From Acidimicrobiaceae bacterium (GTDB lineage Bacteria > Actinomycetota > Acidimicrobiia > Acidimicrobiales > JACDCH01), in NCBI GenBank assembly GCA_041166745.1, contig JBEEGH010000002.1, positions 151,837-215,836 of the forward strand: a DNA stretch of 64,000 nt, written 5' to 3'. The notes beneath the pieces are model-generated. The model made no database searches. It was not told where the DNA came from and saw nothing but the letters and a program-made list of their open reading frames with translations. The translations under genes were made by a program, and so were the position numbers. Shown one piece after another: positions 1 to 8,417 of the stretch. The number at the start of each line of letters is the position of its first letter. Positions within the stretch are counted from its first letter, which is position 1.

Positions 1-413
1 GACCGGTGCAGCTCGTCTTCGTCGAACGGGACCGCCTCGACCACCTCGGAGGGATGGGGATAGATGGCCATGCGCACGCCGAGCTCGTCGAGCGCGCTCA
101 TCGTGGCGGCATAGAAGCTCGCCACGGACCGCGGCTCGAGCGGAACGCGTCGCCGCGCGCCATCGGTGGTTCGAAGTTCGAGCACGTGGTCCACGAAATC
201 GAACTCGATCTCCAGGCCACGACCACCGGCGGGCATCAGCGAGGTCGTCAAACCTCGCGCCGACATGTACAGCGTGACCTGCCACCAATGATTGATCATC
301 GGCATCAGCGTCATGCGGACCTTGCCGACAACCTGCGTCCACATGTGCAGCGTGTCGCGAGTGTCCTCCCACTCCGACAATGTGAGCTCAGGCCAGTCCG
401 ACATGGCGCCCAT
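1..413 (-). CDS. DUF5996-like conserved hypothetical protein, partial (C-terminus lies beyond the window start)
   Basis: My own minus-strand translation from ATG at 413 (alternative ATG at 404) gives MGAMSDWPELTLSEWEDTRDTLHMWTQVVGKVRMTLMPMINHWWQVTLYMSARGLTTSLMP... and stays open to position 1. It is missing from the ORF track because there is no stop inside the window. Plus-strand ORF 6..476 is its antisense shadow. The family name is from memory of similar N-termini. Confidence 0.55.
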   Translation of the reverse strand, partial: MGAMSDWPELTLSEWEDTRDTLHMWTQVVGKVRMTLMPMINHWWQVTLYMSARGLTTSLMPAGGRGLEIEFDFVDHVLELRTTDGARRRVPLEPRSVASFYAATMSALDELGVRMAIYPHPSEVVEAVPFDEDELHR

Positions 414-472
414 TACAACACCTCGAGAACGCATCGGCGCGGGGCCAGGCGACTGAGCCGTACCCTCTTGGC

Positions 473-3400
473 GTGAAGCGGCTGCGCCTCGGACCGGGGT
501 CAGTCCCTCCTAGCCTCGTCGGGCTGGCGATCGCGGCCGCATTGCTGCTCGGGGCCACCATCGCACTCGACGCGCGCGTGCCGACCACCGAAGGGTGGCG
601 CAGGCTCTGGCTTGTCGTCACCTTCGGCATCACCGGTGTGCTCGCGCTGCTGCTGTCGCGCGAGGTCGCCAGACGGGCGAGCGGCGAGAGCTCGTTTGCT
701 CGGGCCACCGACGCACTACGCGAGCTGAACGTTCCTGCCGATGTCGACTTGGCGGATCGTCCGATCGGTGAACTGCTCGACGGCACCATGACACGGCTTC
801 GAGAGGTATTGCGGGCGCATTGGTCGGCGGTCGCGCTGACCGACGGAGACTCCGGCGTGCTGCGGGTCGCGGTGATCAGCGGCGAGGCGCCGTTCACGAT
901 CGGCGAGGAGCTCGACGCCGGCAACATTCCCGGCGACACGGCATCCGATCGCCTGGCGGTACCGCTCGTCCTCGGCAACGACCAGCTCGGCGTCATCGAA
1001 GTCGGCGCCGAGCCGGGCGCCACGTTCACCCGAAACGAGCACGATCTCCTGCGGATCCTCGCCGACAACCTGGCCAGCACCATCGAGCGCGCCCACCTCG
1101 CCGATGCCGAGCGCCGCTCGCGGCTCGGCATCTCTCAGGCCCGTGCGCACCTCGGGCTCATCGCCGACGTCTCCGCGATCCTTTCGCGGGCCTTGGAAGA
1201 CGCCCGGCCCGCGCTTCGAGCGACCGCCGACGTGATCGCCCGCTCGATCGGCGACAACTGCACCATCCACCTCACTCGGCCCGACGGCGCTCTCGAGCGC
1301 GTCGCCGCGCGGAACTACTACGAGCCCGCCGCGAGCCTTTCGATCGACGAGCTCCAGGCGCAGTTCTCCAAGGCGGGCGACGACCTGCGCCGCGTGATGT
1401 CTTCGGGTGTGTCCGAGCTCAGCTACATCACCCCCGACGGACGCGTGAACGGCACCGACGATCGTATGGCCGCGGCCTTTCGTTCGACCGGCCTCACGTC
1501 GTGGGTCGTCGCTCCCATCCGCCTGCGCGGCCTGTCGCTCGGCGCGATGACCGTCGCCACCGGACCGAACCGCCGCGGCCTACGGGCGTCCGACCAGGCG
1601 GCCATCGATGAAGTCGCGGGGCGCGTGGCCATCGCCATCGAGCGCGGCCTCCTGTACCGGGACACCCGGGAGGCCGCGGCCGCCGCCGAGCACCGAGCGC
1701 AGCAGCTGGCCAACCTGATCGAAGCGGCCATCGCGTTCAACCGCGCGTTGCAGCCGCAACAGCTCCTCGACGCACTGGTGTTGCAGGGGTCGAAGGTGCT
1801 GCGGGCCGCCCACTGCCATGCCTGGCTCACGGGCGACGCCGCCATCGAGGCCGAGGTCGGCCAACACGACGGTGGCGCGACCCGCACGGGCAGCGCGCTC
1901 GTCGACCCACAGGGTCGCGGCGTCGGCTTTCTCACCGTCGAGCGCGACGCCAACCATCCGTTCTCCGGCGATGAAGAGTCGCTCCTGCTCTTGCTCGCCC
2001 GGCTCGCGTCCGTCGCGCTGCAGAACGCGAAGCTCTACGACGACGTGCGCCTACGCGAGCAACGATTGGCCGCGCTGCTGGCGGCGTCGCCGTTGGCAAT
2101 CGTCGAGCTCGACCTCGACGGCAACATCCAAGACACGAACCCCGCCGCTCGCGAGTTGCTCGACGAGAGCGGGAGCCTTCCGCCCGCGCTCGCGGAGTGT
2201 CTCACCGGCCTGATGAGCACCGCGGTTGCCGGCGAACTCGCTGATCGCGAAGTCACCATTCCGACGGACGAGGGTGGCACCGACCTGTGGGTGTCCACCG
2301 CGCTGCTGCGAGGACGAACGGGCGCGCCCGCGGGTGTCTTGGCGCTGATGTCAGACATGACCGAACGCAACCGCCTCGAGGAACAGCTCATCGAGGCCCA
2401 CCGTTATGAAGCGATCGCGCAGCTGGCGGGCGGCGTCGCCCACGACTTCAACAACCTGCTCACGATCATCCTCGGGTACAGCGACCTGCTGCAGCAGACG
2501 TTGCCGGCCGACGCGTCCGAACGCAACGAGATCACCGCCATCCACGAGGCTGGACGGCACGCCGCGGTCATCACCAACCAGTTGTTGACGTTGAGTCGGA
2601 ATCAAGTGCTGCAACCGGTGATCGTTCCTGTGGCCGAAGCGTGCCGGTCGCTCGTACCCATGCTGCAACGACTCGCCGGCGAACGCGTCACCGTCGTGAC
2701 CAAATGCGAAGGTGACGCGACCGTACGCGTCGATCCGGGTCAACTCGAGCAAGTGCTGTTCAACCTCGTGCTCAACAGTCGCGACGCGCTGCCGTCGGGT
2801 GGATCGATCTACATCGACATCATCGAGCAGGTCGGCCCCGACAGTGGCGACGAGGTGGCCATCCGCGTGTCGGACACCGGCGAGGGCATGTCGGCCGAGA
2901 CACTCGCCCACTGCCTCGAGCCCTTCTACACCACGAAGGGCCGGCGTGGCATCGGGCTCGGGCTGGCCACCGTCTCGAGCATCGTGCAGCGATCCGGAGG
3001 CCGGCTCGAGATCACGAGCGAGCGCGCCGTCGGCACCACGGTGTCGGCCGTGTTCCCCCGCACCGCCGAGCGGGCGGCCCTCGTCGCCGTCAGCACCCAC
3101 GCGGTGCGGGCTCGAGTGCTACTCGTCGACGACGACGAGCTCATTCGGCGCTACGCGTCGCAGGTGCTCATCGGTGCCGGCTTCGAGGTTGCCGCCGTCG
3201 GCGACGCCGAGTCGGCGCTCGCCGAGATGGCCAACGACGGCGACTTCGACCTGCTCGTCTCCGACGTGGTGCTGCCGGCGATGAACGGCTTCGAACTGGC
3301 CCGACAGGTCGGCGCCCGCTGGCCGAGGACCGCTCGACTCCTCATGACCGGTTACGCGGGAACCGACACCGGCAACACCGGTCTCGAAGACGTCGCCGTG

Positions 3401-3478
3401 CTGGCCAAGCCGTTCGCGGGTGACGATCTCGTGCGCGCCGCGGGCGACGCGCTCGTCGGTCAGGATTCGAACCGGTAG
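473..3478 (+). CDS. Hybrid sensor histidine kinase / response regulator with N-terminal TM segments and GAF/PAS-like sensory regions
   Basis: 1001-aa ORF. H-box is GGVAHDFNNLLTIILGYSDLL. ATPase motifs are QLEQVLFNLVLNSRDA, VSDTGEGM and GIGLGLATVSSIV. The C-terminal receiver reads RVLLVDDDELIRRY...DLLVSDVVLPAMNG...LAKPF. Confidence 0.9.
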   Translation: MKRLRLGPGSVPPSLVGLAIAAALLLGATIALDARVPTTEGWRRLWLVVTFGITGVLALLLSREVARRASGESSFARATDALRELNVPADVDLADRPIGELLDGTMTRLREVLRAHWSAVALTDGDSGVLRVAVISGEAPFTIGEELDAGNIPGDTASDRLAVPLVLGNDQLGVIEVGAEPGATFTRNEHDLLRILADNLASTIERAHLADAERRSRLGISQARAHLGLIADVSAILSRALEDARPALRATADVIARSIGDNCTIHLTRPDGALERVAARNYYEPAASLSIDELQAQFSKAGDDLRRVMSSGVSELSYITPDGRVNGTDDRMAAAFRSTGLTSWVVAPIRLRGLSLGAMTVATGPNRRGLRASDQAAIDEVAGRVAIAIERGLLYRDTREAAAAAEHRAQQLANLIEAAIAFNRALQPQQLLDALVLQGSKVLRAAHCHAWLTGDAAIEAEVGQHDGGATRTGSALVDPQGRGVGFLTVERDANHPFSGDEESLLLLLARLASVALQNAKLYDDVRLREQRLAALLAASPLAIVELDLDGNIQDTNPAARELLDESGSLPPALAECLTGLMSTAVAGELADREVTIPTDEGGTDLWVSTALLRGRTGAPAGVLALMSDMTERNRLEEQLIEAHRYEAIAQLAGGVAHDFNNLLTIILGYSDLLQQTLPADASERNEITAIHEAGRHAAVITNQLLTLSRNQVLQPVIVPVAEACRSLVPMLQRLAGERVTVVTKCEGDATVRVDPGQLEQVLFNLVLNSRDALPSGGSIYIDIIEQVGPDSGDEVAIRVSDTGEGMSAETLAHCLEPFYTTKGRRGIGLGLATVSSIVQRSGGRLEITSERAVGTTVSAVFPRTAERAALVAVSTHAVRARVLLVDDDELIRRYASQVLIGAGFEVAAVGDAESALAEMANDGDFDLLVSDVVLPAMNGFELARQVGARWPRTARLLMTGYAGTDTGNTGLEDVAVLAKPFAGDDLVRAAGDALVGQDSNR

Positions 3479-4149
3479 CCGACCCCGCGGACGGTGGTGA
3501 GCCAGCGCGGAAGGTCAGGGTCGCTCTCGATCTTGCGGCGGATCCGGCGCACGTGCTCGGTGACGGTGGCGGGATCTTGCCAGTCGCCGGACGACGACCA
3601 CACCTGGGTCAAGAGTTGGTGCCGGTCGAACACCTGTCGAGGCGAACGCGCGAGGAAGGCGAGCAGGTCGAACTCCTTGGCCGTCAGCACCACCAACTTC
3701 CCGGAGACCGTGACGTCGCGTGTCGTGCAATCGATCTCGAGGTCGTCGAACCTCAGCACGTCGCTGTCGGTGGCGGGTCGGGTGCGGCGCAGCACCGACT
3801 CGATGCGCGCCGTCAACTCGCCCGGCGAGAACGGCTTGACCACGTAGTCGTCGGCTCCGGTGCGCAGCCCGAGAATGCGATCGGCCTCGTCGCCTCGACC
3901 GGTGAGCATGATCACCGGGATCGCGCTCTTCGTGCGGATATCGGCAAGAAGGTCGATTCCGTCCGTGTGCGGCATCATCACGTCGAGCAGGACCAGATCC
4001 GGGGGATCGTCCTGGAGCACGAGGCCCGCTTCCTCGGCATTGGACGCTTCGAGTGCGGTGTAACCCTCGTGCGTCAGCAGGCGTTTCACCAGCGTGCGAA
4101 TCTGCGGATCGTCATCGATCACGAGGACGCGCGTCTTCTTGTCGTCCAT
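3460..4149 (-). CDS. OmpR/PhoB-family response regulator (receiver plus winged-helix DNA-binding domain)
   Basis: I chose the internal ATG at 4149 of ORF 3460..4569. Sequence reads MDDKKTRVLVIDDDPQIRTLV...DLVLLDVMMPHTDG...VVKPFSPGEL...LTAKEFDLLAFLARSPRQVF...VRGVGYRF. The upstream 140 codons of the tracked ORF are Arg/Ser/Pro junk. Confidence 0.9.
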   Translation of the reverse strand: MDDKKTRVLVIDDDPQIRTLVKRLLTHEGYTALEASNAEEAGLVLQDDPPDLVLLDVMMPHTDGIDLLADIRTKSAIPVIMLTGRGDEADRILGLRTGADDYVVKPFSPGELTARIESVLRRTRPATDSDVLRFDDLEIDCTTRDVTVSGKLVVLTAKEFDLLAFLARSPRQVFDRHQLLTQVWSSSGDWQDPATVTEHVRRIRRKIESDPDLPRWLTTVRGVGYRFES

Positions 4150-4195
4150 TTCCTCTGCCTCTACACCGTGACCCCAGACGCCCACAGCCAGGGTA

Positions 4196-4714
4196 GTGCA
4201 GTGTTGGGAAAGCGTTGACCCGACGTGGGGTGCCCCATGGGTTCCGGGTAACAGGATCGTGGGCGTGGACCAGGCCCCCGGCAGCTGCACCGTCTTGGTG
4301 GTGGGCACCGACGACTGGGCCATCGAGCAGGCGGCCGACTCCCTGAAGGCCGTCGGCGTCGAGGTGTTGCGCTGCCACGAGCCGGGCGAGCCGGCCTTTC
4401 CGTGCAATGCCTTCATTCCTGGGCGACGCTGCCCGCTGTCGGATGGGTTCGATGTTGCACTCACCGCACGAGCCCGGCCGTCCAAGACCACCGAGCCGGG
4501 CGAGCTCGGGGTCATCTGTGCGTTGCGCTCGAACCGGCCCTTGGTGGTGGCCGGTGTCAGCGCCCACAACCCTTTTAGTCAGGTGGCGGCCGCGGTGGTG
4601 GCAGACGGGGGCGACGCCGCAAAGGCGTGCCGCCACGCCGCGGGAATGGCGGACGACGACAGCTTCGGCGGCGGAGCCGAAGCTGTCGTCGACCTTCGAT
4701 CATTGAGGCGGTAG
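4196..4714 (+). CDS. Hypothetical protein immediately upstream of pilT (start uncertain)
   Basis: 172-aa ORF ending 4 nt before the pilT start. I recognised no motif. Codon usage is consistent with its neighbours. Confidence 0.4.
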   Translation: MQCWESVDPTWGAPWVPGNRIVGVDQAPGSCTVLVVGTDDWAIEQAADSLKAVGVEVLRCHEPGEPAFPCNAFIPGRRCPLSDGFDVALTARARPSKTTEPGELGVICALRSNRPLVVAGVSAHNPFSQVAAAVVADGGDAAKACRHAAGMADDDSFGGGAEAVVDLRSLRR

Positions 4715-4717
4715 GAA

Positions 4718-5842
4718 ATGCCAGCACAGAACGACCCCACGGTCATCAGCGCGTGGATCGCGGCCGCATGGAAGGCGGGCGGCACCGACCTCCTGCTCAC
4801 CGCCGGCGTGCCGCCGCTCTCGAGAGTGGACGGTGATTACGCCCCGCTCGAAGACGAATCGGTGCTCAGCGCAGACGACACGGAGCGGCTGACCAAGAGC
4901 ATCCTGGCGCCGGAGCTGTATGCCCAGCTGCACGAGCGCCAACAGATCGACTTCTCGTTCACGTGGCGCGACGACGTGCGCGTGCGCGGCAACGCCTTCC
5001 AGCAACGTGGCTCGACGGCGATCGCCTTGCGCATCATCCCGTTGGTCATCCCGACGCTGAACGAGCTCGGGCTGCCTCCGGTCGTGGAACAGTTCGCCGA
5101 CGCGCCGTCTGGTCTCGTGCTGCTCACGGGCCCCACCGGTGCGGGCAAGTCGACGACGCTGGCGTCGCTCATCGACCACGTGAACTCCACCCGGCCCTGT
5201 CACATCCTCACCATCGAGGATCCGATCGAATATGTGCACAGCCACAAACGCGCCGTCGTCTCGCAGCGCGAGATCGGCATCGACGCCGCCGACTTCCACA
5301 GTGCCCTTCGGGCCGCATTGCGTGAAGATCCCGACGTGATTCTCGTGGGCGAGATGCGCGACCTCGAGAGCATCTCGGCCACGCTCACGCTGGCGGAGAC
5401 CGGCCACCTGGTGTTCGCGACGCTGCACACCAACGACACGGCCCAGGCGCTCGACCGCATCGTCGACGTGTTCCCGTCCGACCGTCGTGACCAGATCCAA
5501 GTACAGCTGTCCGCAACATTGCAGGGCGTGATCTATCAGCGACTCATCCCGAAGATCGAAGGCGGGATGGTCGGCGCATTCGAGATCATGGTCGCGACCA
5601 ACGCGGTGAAGAACCTCGTGCGAGAGGGTAAGACCCGCCAGCTGCGCAACGTCATCTCGACGCATCAGTCCGAGGGCATGATCACGCTCGAGTCGTCGCT
5701 GTCCGACCTGCTGGCCGAAGGGCTCATCAGCGAAGAGCACGCGGTCGCCGTGAGCCTGCATCCACGAGAAATCAAGCTGCCCCGACCGATTCTCCCCGAG
5801 CAGCCCGGCGAAGGGTCTCGGCGGCACCGTCTGCGCAAGTAG
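4718..5842 (+). CDS. pilT: Type IV pilus retraction ATPase PilT
   Basis: 374 aa. Walker A is LLTGPTGAGKSTTLASLI. Also present: ILTIEDPIEYVH, the Asp box/Walker B ALREDPDVILVGEMRDLESI, the His box TGHLVFATLHTNDTAQALDRIVDVFP, and the PilT-type AFEIMVATNAVKNLVREGK. Confidence 0.95.
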   Translation: MPAQNDPTVISAWIAAAWKAGGTDLLLTAGVPPLSRVDGDYAPLEDESVLSADDTERLTKSILAPELYAQLHERQQIDFSFTWRDDVRVRGNAFQQRGSTAIALRIIPLVIPTLNELGLPPVVEQFADAPSGLVLLTGPTGAGKSTTLASLIDHVNSTRPCHILTIEDPIEYVHSHKRAVVSQREIGIDAADFHSALRAALREDPDVILVGEMRDLESISATLTLAETGHLVFATLHTNDTAQALDRIVDVFPSDRRDQIQVQLSATLQGVIYQRLIPKIEGGMVGAFEIMVATNAVKNLVREGKTRQLRNVISTHQSEGMITLESSLSDLLAEGLISEEHAVAVSLHPREIKLPRPILPEQPGEGSRRHRLRK

Positions 5843-5851
5843 ACAGAGGGG

Positions 5852-6580
5852 GTGCCGCGTTCGACGCGAGGCCCCGCCCTCCCCTACCGCCCCCTCGCCG
5901 GCGTCGTGCCGTGCGGCACCAAGTGGCTCGTCGCCGCCGGACGGTTGCAAGGCGTCACGCTCTCGTGCGCTGATCCCGAGTTGTTCGGTTCGTTGATCGA
6001 GATCCTCGACTACCGGCCGTCGTTCGAGGTGATCGCGCTCGGGTGCAACATCGGGTTGCCGACCAAGCCGGGGCAGGGCGGACGCACGTGCGATCGCGAG
6101 GCCCGTCGCCTGCTCGGATTCTCACGCGGCGGCGCCATCTTCTCGGCCCCGGCCCGCGTCGCCATCAAGGCCACCACGTACGACGACGCCTACAGGCTCA
6201 ACGACGGCATGGGCAGCGCGGCGTACAACATCCTGCCCCGCATCGCCGAGGTCGACGATGCGATCGAGCCCTACTGGCAACGCACGGTGTTCGAAGTGCA
6301 TCCCGAGCTGAGCTTCTATCAACTCAACGACGACGTGCCAATGCACCACGCCAAGCGAACGCACCACGGCCAGAACGAGCGACGGGCGTTGCTCGAGCGG
6401 CGCATGCAAGGCGTGCGCCAGATCATCGACGCTCGCGTGCGAGGCGCTCGCCGCCATCACCTCTTCGACGCGGCCGCCACGCTGTGGACGGCCAGGCGCA
6501 TCGCCGGACGAGTCGTCAATCGCGTGCCCGAAGACCCCGAGTGGGACGACAAGGGTCTCCGTATGGAGATCGTGCGCTAA
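5852..6580 (+). CDS. DUF429-family protein (predicted RNase H-like fold)
   Basis: 242 aa with the pattern GV.PCGTKWLVA...CDREARRLLG.SRGGAIFSAPAR...FEVHPELSFYQLN...AKRTHHGQNERRALL, which is typical of DUF429 as I remember it. Confidence 0.65.
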   Translation: MPRSTRGPALPYRPLAGVVPCGTKWLVAAGRLQGVTLSCADPELFGSLIEILDYRPSFEVIALGCNIGLPTKPGQGGRTCDREARRLLGFSRGGAIFSAPARVAIKATTYDDAYRLNDGMGSAAYNILPRIAEVDDAIEPYWQRTVFEVHPELSFYQLNDDVPMHHAKRTHHGQNERRALLERRMQGVRQIIDARVRGARRHHLFDAAATLWTARRIAGRVVNRVPEDPEWDDKGLRMEIVR

Positions 6581-6589
6581 CGCCTTCGC

Positions 6590-6790
6590 TCAGCCGTTGT
6601 CGAGTCGGCGGGTGAGGGTCGCCATGCCGTCGTATTCGAGGGACTCGACGGCTTCCTCGGATCTGCCGGTCATGTAGGCGACCTCTTCCAGCGGCAGTTG
6701 GAAGACGAGCCGCAACACGACGACATCCCGCTGGTCTGGGGGCAACGAGAGAAACGCGGTCACGAGCCGGGGTTCGAGCGGTTCATCCAC
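6590..6790 (-). pseudogene. ECF sigma-factor remnant (region 4 only)
   Basis: The 66-aa ORF LSLPPDQRDVVVLRLVFQLPLEEVAYMTGRSEEAVESL aligns to the C-terminus of the intact sigma factor at 7927..8397 (WSLTDEQREVVVLRFVADLSVEAVARMTDRSEGAVKSLQHRA). No region 2 is present, and there are stops immediately upstream. Confidence 0.5.
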
Positions 6791-6893
6791 GCGGTGGTAC
6801 GCGCGCGACTAGCCGCCCTGGTTGCATAGCTCTAGAAGCGGTCCAACCGCACGGAGCGTTACAGGCAACGTCGCCAACGCCGCCCGGGTGCGC

Positions 6894-6947
6894 GGCGAAC
6901 TCAGAGCGCTACGTCGACCTCTGGGTCGGAGTTGCGCTCTCAGAACG
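6894..6947 (+). repeat. Copy A of a conserved 54-55 nt hairpin element, 57 nt upstream of the purU ATG
   Basis: Sequence is ggcgaactcagagcgctacgtcgacctctgggtcggagttgcgctctcagaacg. GAGCGC pairs with GCGCTC and CGACC pairs with GGTCG. The flanks ggcgaact and agaacg are conserved. There are four copies in the window (6894, 7859, 33497, 34823). Confidence 0.85.
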
Positions 6948-7004
6948 AATCGGGAGAGCCGCTACCCTTGTTGTCGCGACTGGTCACCTCTTGTTGACGC
7001 TCTG

Positions 7005-7859
7005 ATGCCTGGTACCGGCGTCTTGTTGGTCGCTTGTCCTGATCGACCGGGCATCGTGGCCGCGGTGGCATCGTTTGTCGCCAGCCATGGCGGCAACGTC
7101 ATCGACCTCCAGCAACACACCGATCACACCGATGCCGCCTTCTTCCAACGCGTCGAGTTCGAGCTCGACCGCTTCGACCTCGCGCCCGACATGATCGCCA
7201 GCGCGTTCACACCCGTTGCGGAGCAGTTCGCGATGCGCTGGGCACTGCGCTTCTCCGATCAACGCCCGCGCGTGGCGCTGCTCGCGTCGAAGGAGCCCCA
7301 CTGCCTGCACGATCTGCTGAATCGGTGGCGCACCGGCGAGCTCGGAGTCGACATCGCGCTACTGGCCAGCAACCACCCCGACCACGCCGACCTTGCCCGC
7401 TGGTTCGGCGTCGACCATCACCACCTCCCCGTCGTCGACGGGCACAAGGACGCGCAGGAGGCCGAACTCAGCCGGCTCCTCCGCGACAACGACGTCGACC
7501 TCGTCGTGCTGGCCCGTTACATGCAGATCCTGTCGCCGCAGTTCTGTGCGGAATGGGCGGAGCGGATCATCAATATCCACCACTCGTTCCTGCCGGCGTT
7601 CCAAGGAGCGCGGCCCTACCACCAAGCCCACGAACGGGGCGTGAAGCTCGTCGGCGTCACGGCCCACTACGTGACCGCCGAGCTGGACGATGGGCCGATT
7701 ATCGACCAGGACGTGATCCGCGTGACCCACCGTGACGACGTCGACGACCTCCGCCGCAAGGGCCGAGACCTCGAGGTCAGCGTGCTTGCGCGTGCCGTGC
7801 GAGCCCACGTCGGACACCGCGTGCTGGTCTACGGCCGCCGCACCGTCGTGTTCGATTAG
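7005..7859 (+). CDS. purU: Formyltetrahydrofolate deformylase
   Basis: I chose the internal ATG at 7005 of ORF 6822..7859. The N-terminal ACT-like region is MPGTGVLLVACPDRPGIVAAVASFVASHGGNVIDLQQH. The formyltransferase core is DLVVLARYMQILS...IINIHHSFLPAFQGARPYHQAHERGVKLVGVTAHYVTAELDDGPII. Confidence 0.9.
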   Translation: MPGTGVLLVACPDRPGIVAAVASFVASHGGNVIDLQQHTDHTDAAFFQRVEFELDRFDLAPDMIASAFTPVAEQFAMRWALRFSDQRPRVALLASKEPHCLHDLLNRWRTGELGVDIALLASNHPDHADLARWFGVDHHHLPVVDGHKDAQEAELSRLLRDNDVDLVVLARYMQILSPQFCAEWAERIINIHHSFLPAFQGARPYHQAHERGVKLVGVTAHYVTAELDDGPIIDQDVIRVTHRDDVDDLRRKGRDLEVSVLARAVRAHVGHRVLVYGRRTVVFD

Positions 7860-7912
7860 TTGAACTCCGAGCGCTGCGTCGACCCCTGGGTCGTAGTTGC
7901 GCTCGTAGAACG
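7859..7912 (+). repeat. Copy B of the 54-55 nt hairpin element, between the convergent stops of purU and the ECF sigma gene
   Basis: Sequence is gttgaactccgagcgctgcgtcgacccctgggtcgtagttgcgctcgtagaacg. By hand alignment 46 of 54 positions are identical to copy A, in the same orientation. Confidence 0.85.
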
Positions 7913-7926
7913 ATTTGGACGCGTGG

Positions 7927-8397
7927 TCAGGCGTCGTCGAGGAAGCGGCCGAGCGTCGCCAGCGCGCGGTGTTGGAGCGACTTGACGGCTCCCTCGGATC
8001 TGTCGGTCATCCGTGCGACGGCTTCGACCGACAGGTCGGCGACGAATCGCAACACGACCACCTCGCGCTGTTCGTCGGTCAACGACCACAGCGCGGTCAT
8101 GAGCGTGTCATCGAACGGTTCATCGGACGACGGCGCGATCTCCGGCGTGCGTCGCACCGGAAGGCTGCGCCGCGAACGCTGACGGAATTCGTCGCGCAAC
8201 CGATTGCGAGCGATGGCGAAGACCCAGGAACGAAGCTCGTCTTCGGTCCCCCGGAACTTGGGAACGGCGCGGGTGATCGACACGAACACGTCGCCCAACA
8301 GATCATCGGCGTCGGGGGCTCCCGCGGCCGACAGATACGCGCGCACTCGCGGCGCGTGCTGTCGGAACACCCATTCGGCGTCCCAGTTCTCTGACAC
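7927..8397 (-). CDS. ECF-type RNA polymerase sigma-70 family factor
   Basis: 156 aa. Region 2 is DDLLGDVFVSITRAVPKFRGTEDELRSWVFAIARNRLRDEFR. Region 4 is LTDEQREVVVLRFVADLSVEAVARMTDRSEGAVKSLQHRALATL. Confidence 0.9.
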   Translation of the reverse strand: MSENWDAEWVFRQHAPRVRAYLSAAGAPDADDLLGDVFVSITRAVPKFRGTEDELRSWVFAIARNRLRDEFRQRSRRSLPVRRTPEIAPSSDEPFDDTLMTALWSLTDEQREVVVLRFVADLSVEAVARMTDRSEGAVKSLQHRALATLGRFLDDA

Positions 8398-8417
8398 GAC
8401 GGAAGCCTCCCATCGGG

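Noticed and set aside
6-476. 156-aa plus-strand ORF at the window start.
   Set aside because: The minus strand over the same span encodes a convincing conserved N-terminus (MSDWPELTLSEWEDTRDTLHMWTQ...). The plus-strand product is His/Arg-rich junk.
6791-7004. ZTP (pfl) or THF-type riboswitch upstream of purU, suggested by the one-carbon-metabolism context and a ccgcccgggtgc string.
   Set aside because: I could not find the conserved ZTP cores as I remember them (GGGUCGUGACUGGCG and CCGCCUGGGCA). The hairpin element there also occurs upstream of unrelated hypothetical genes and at a 3' end. It is reported only as an unclassified repeat or structured element.
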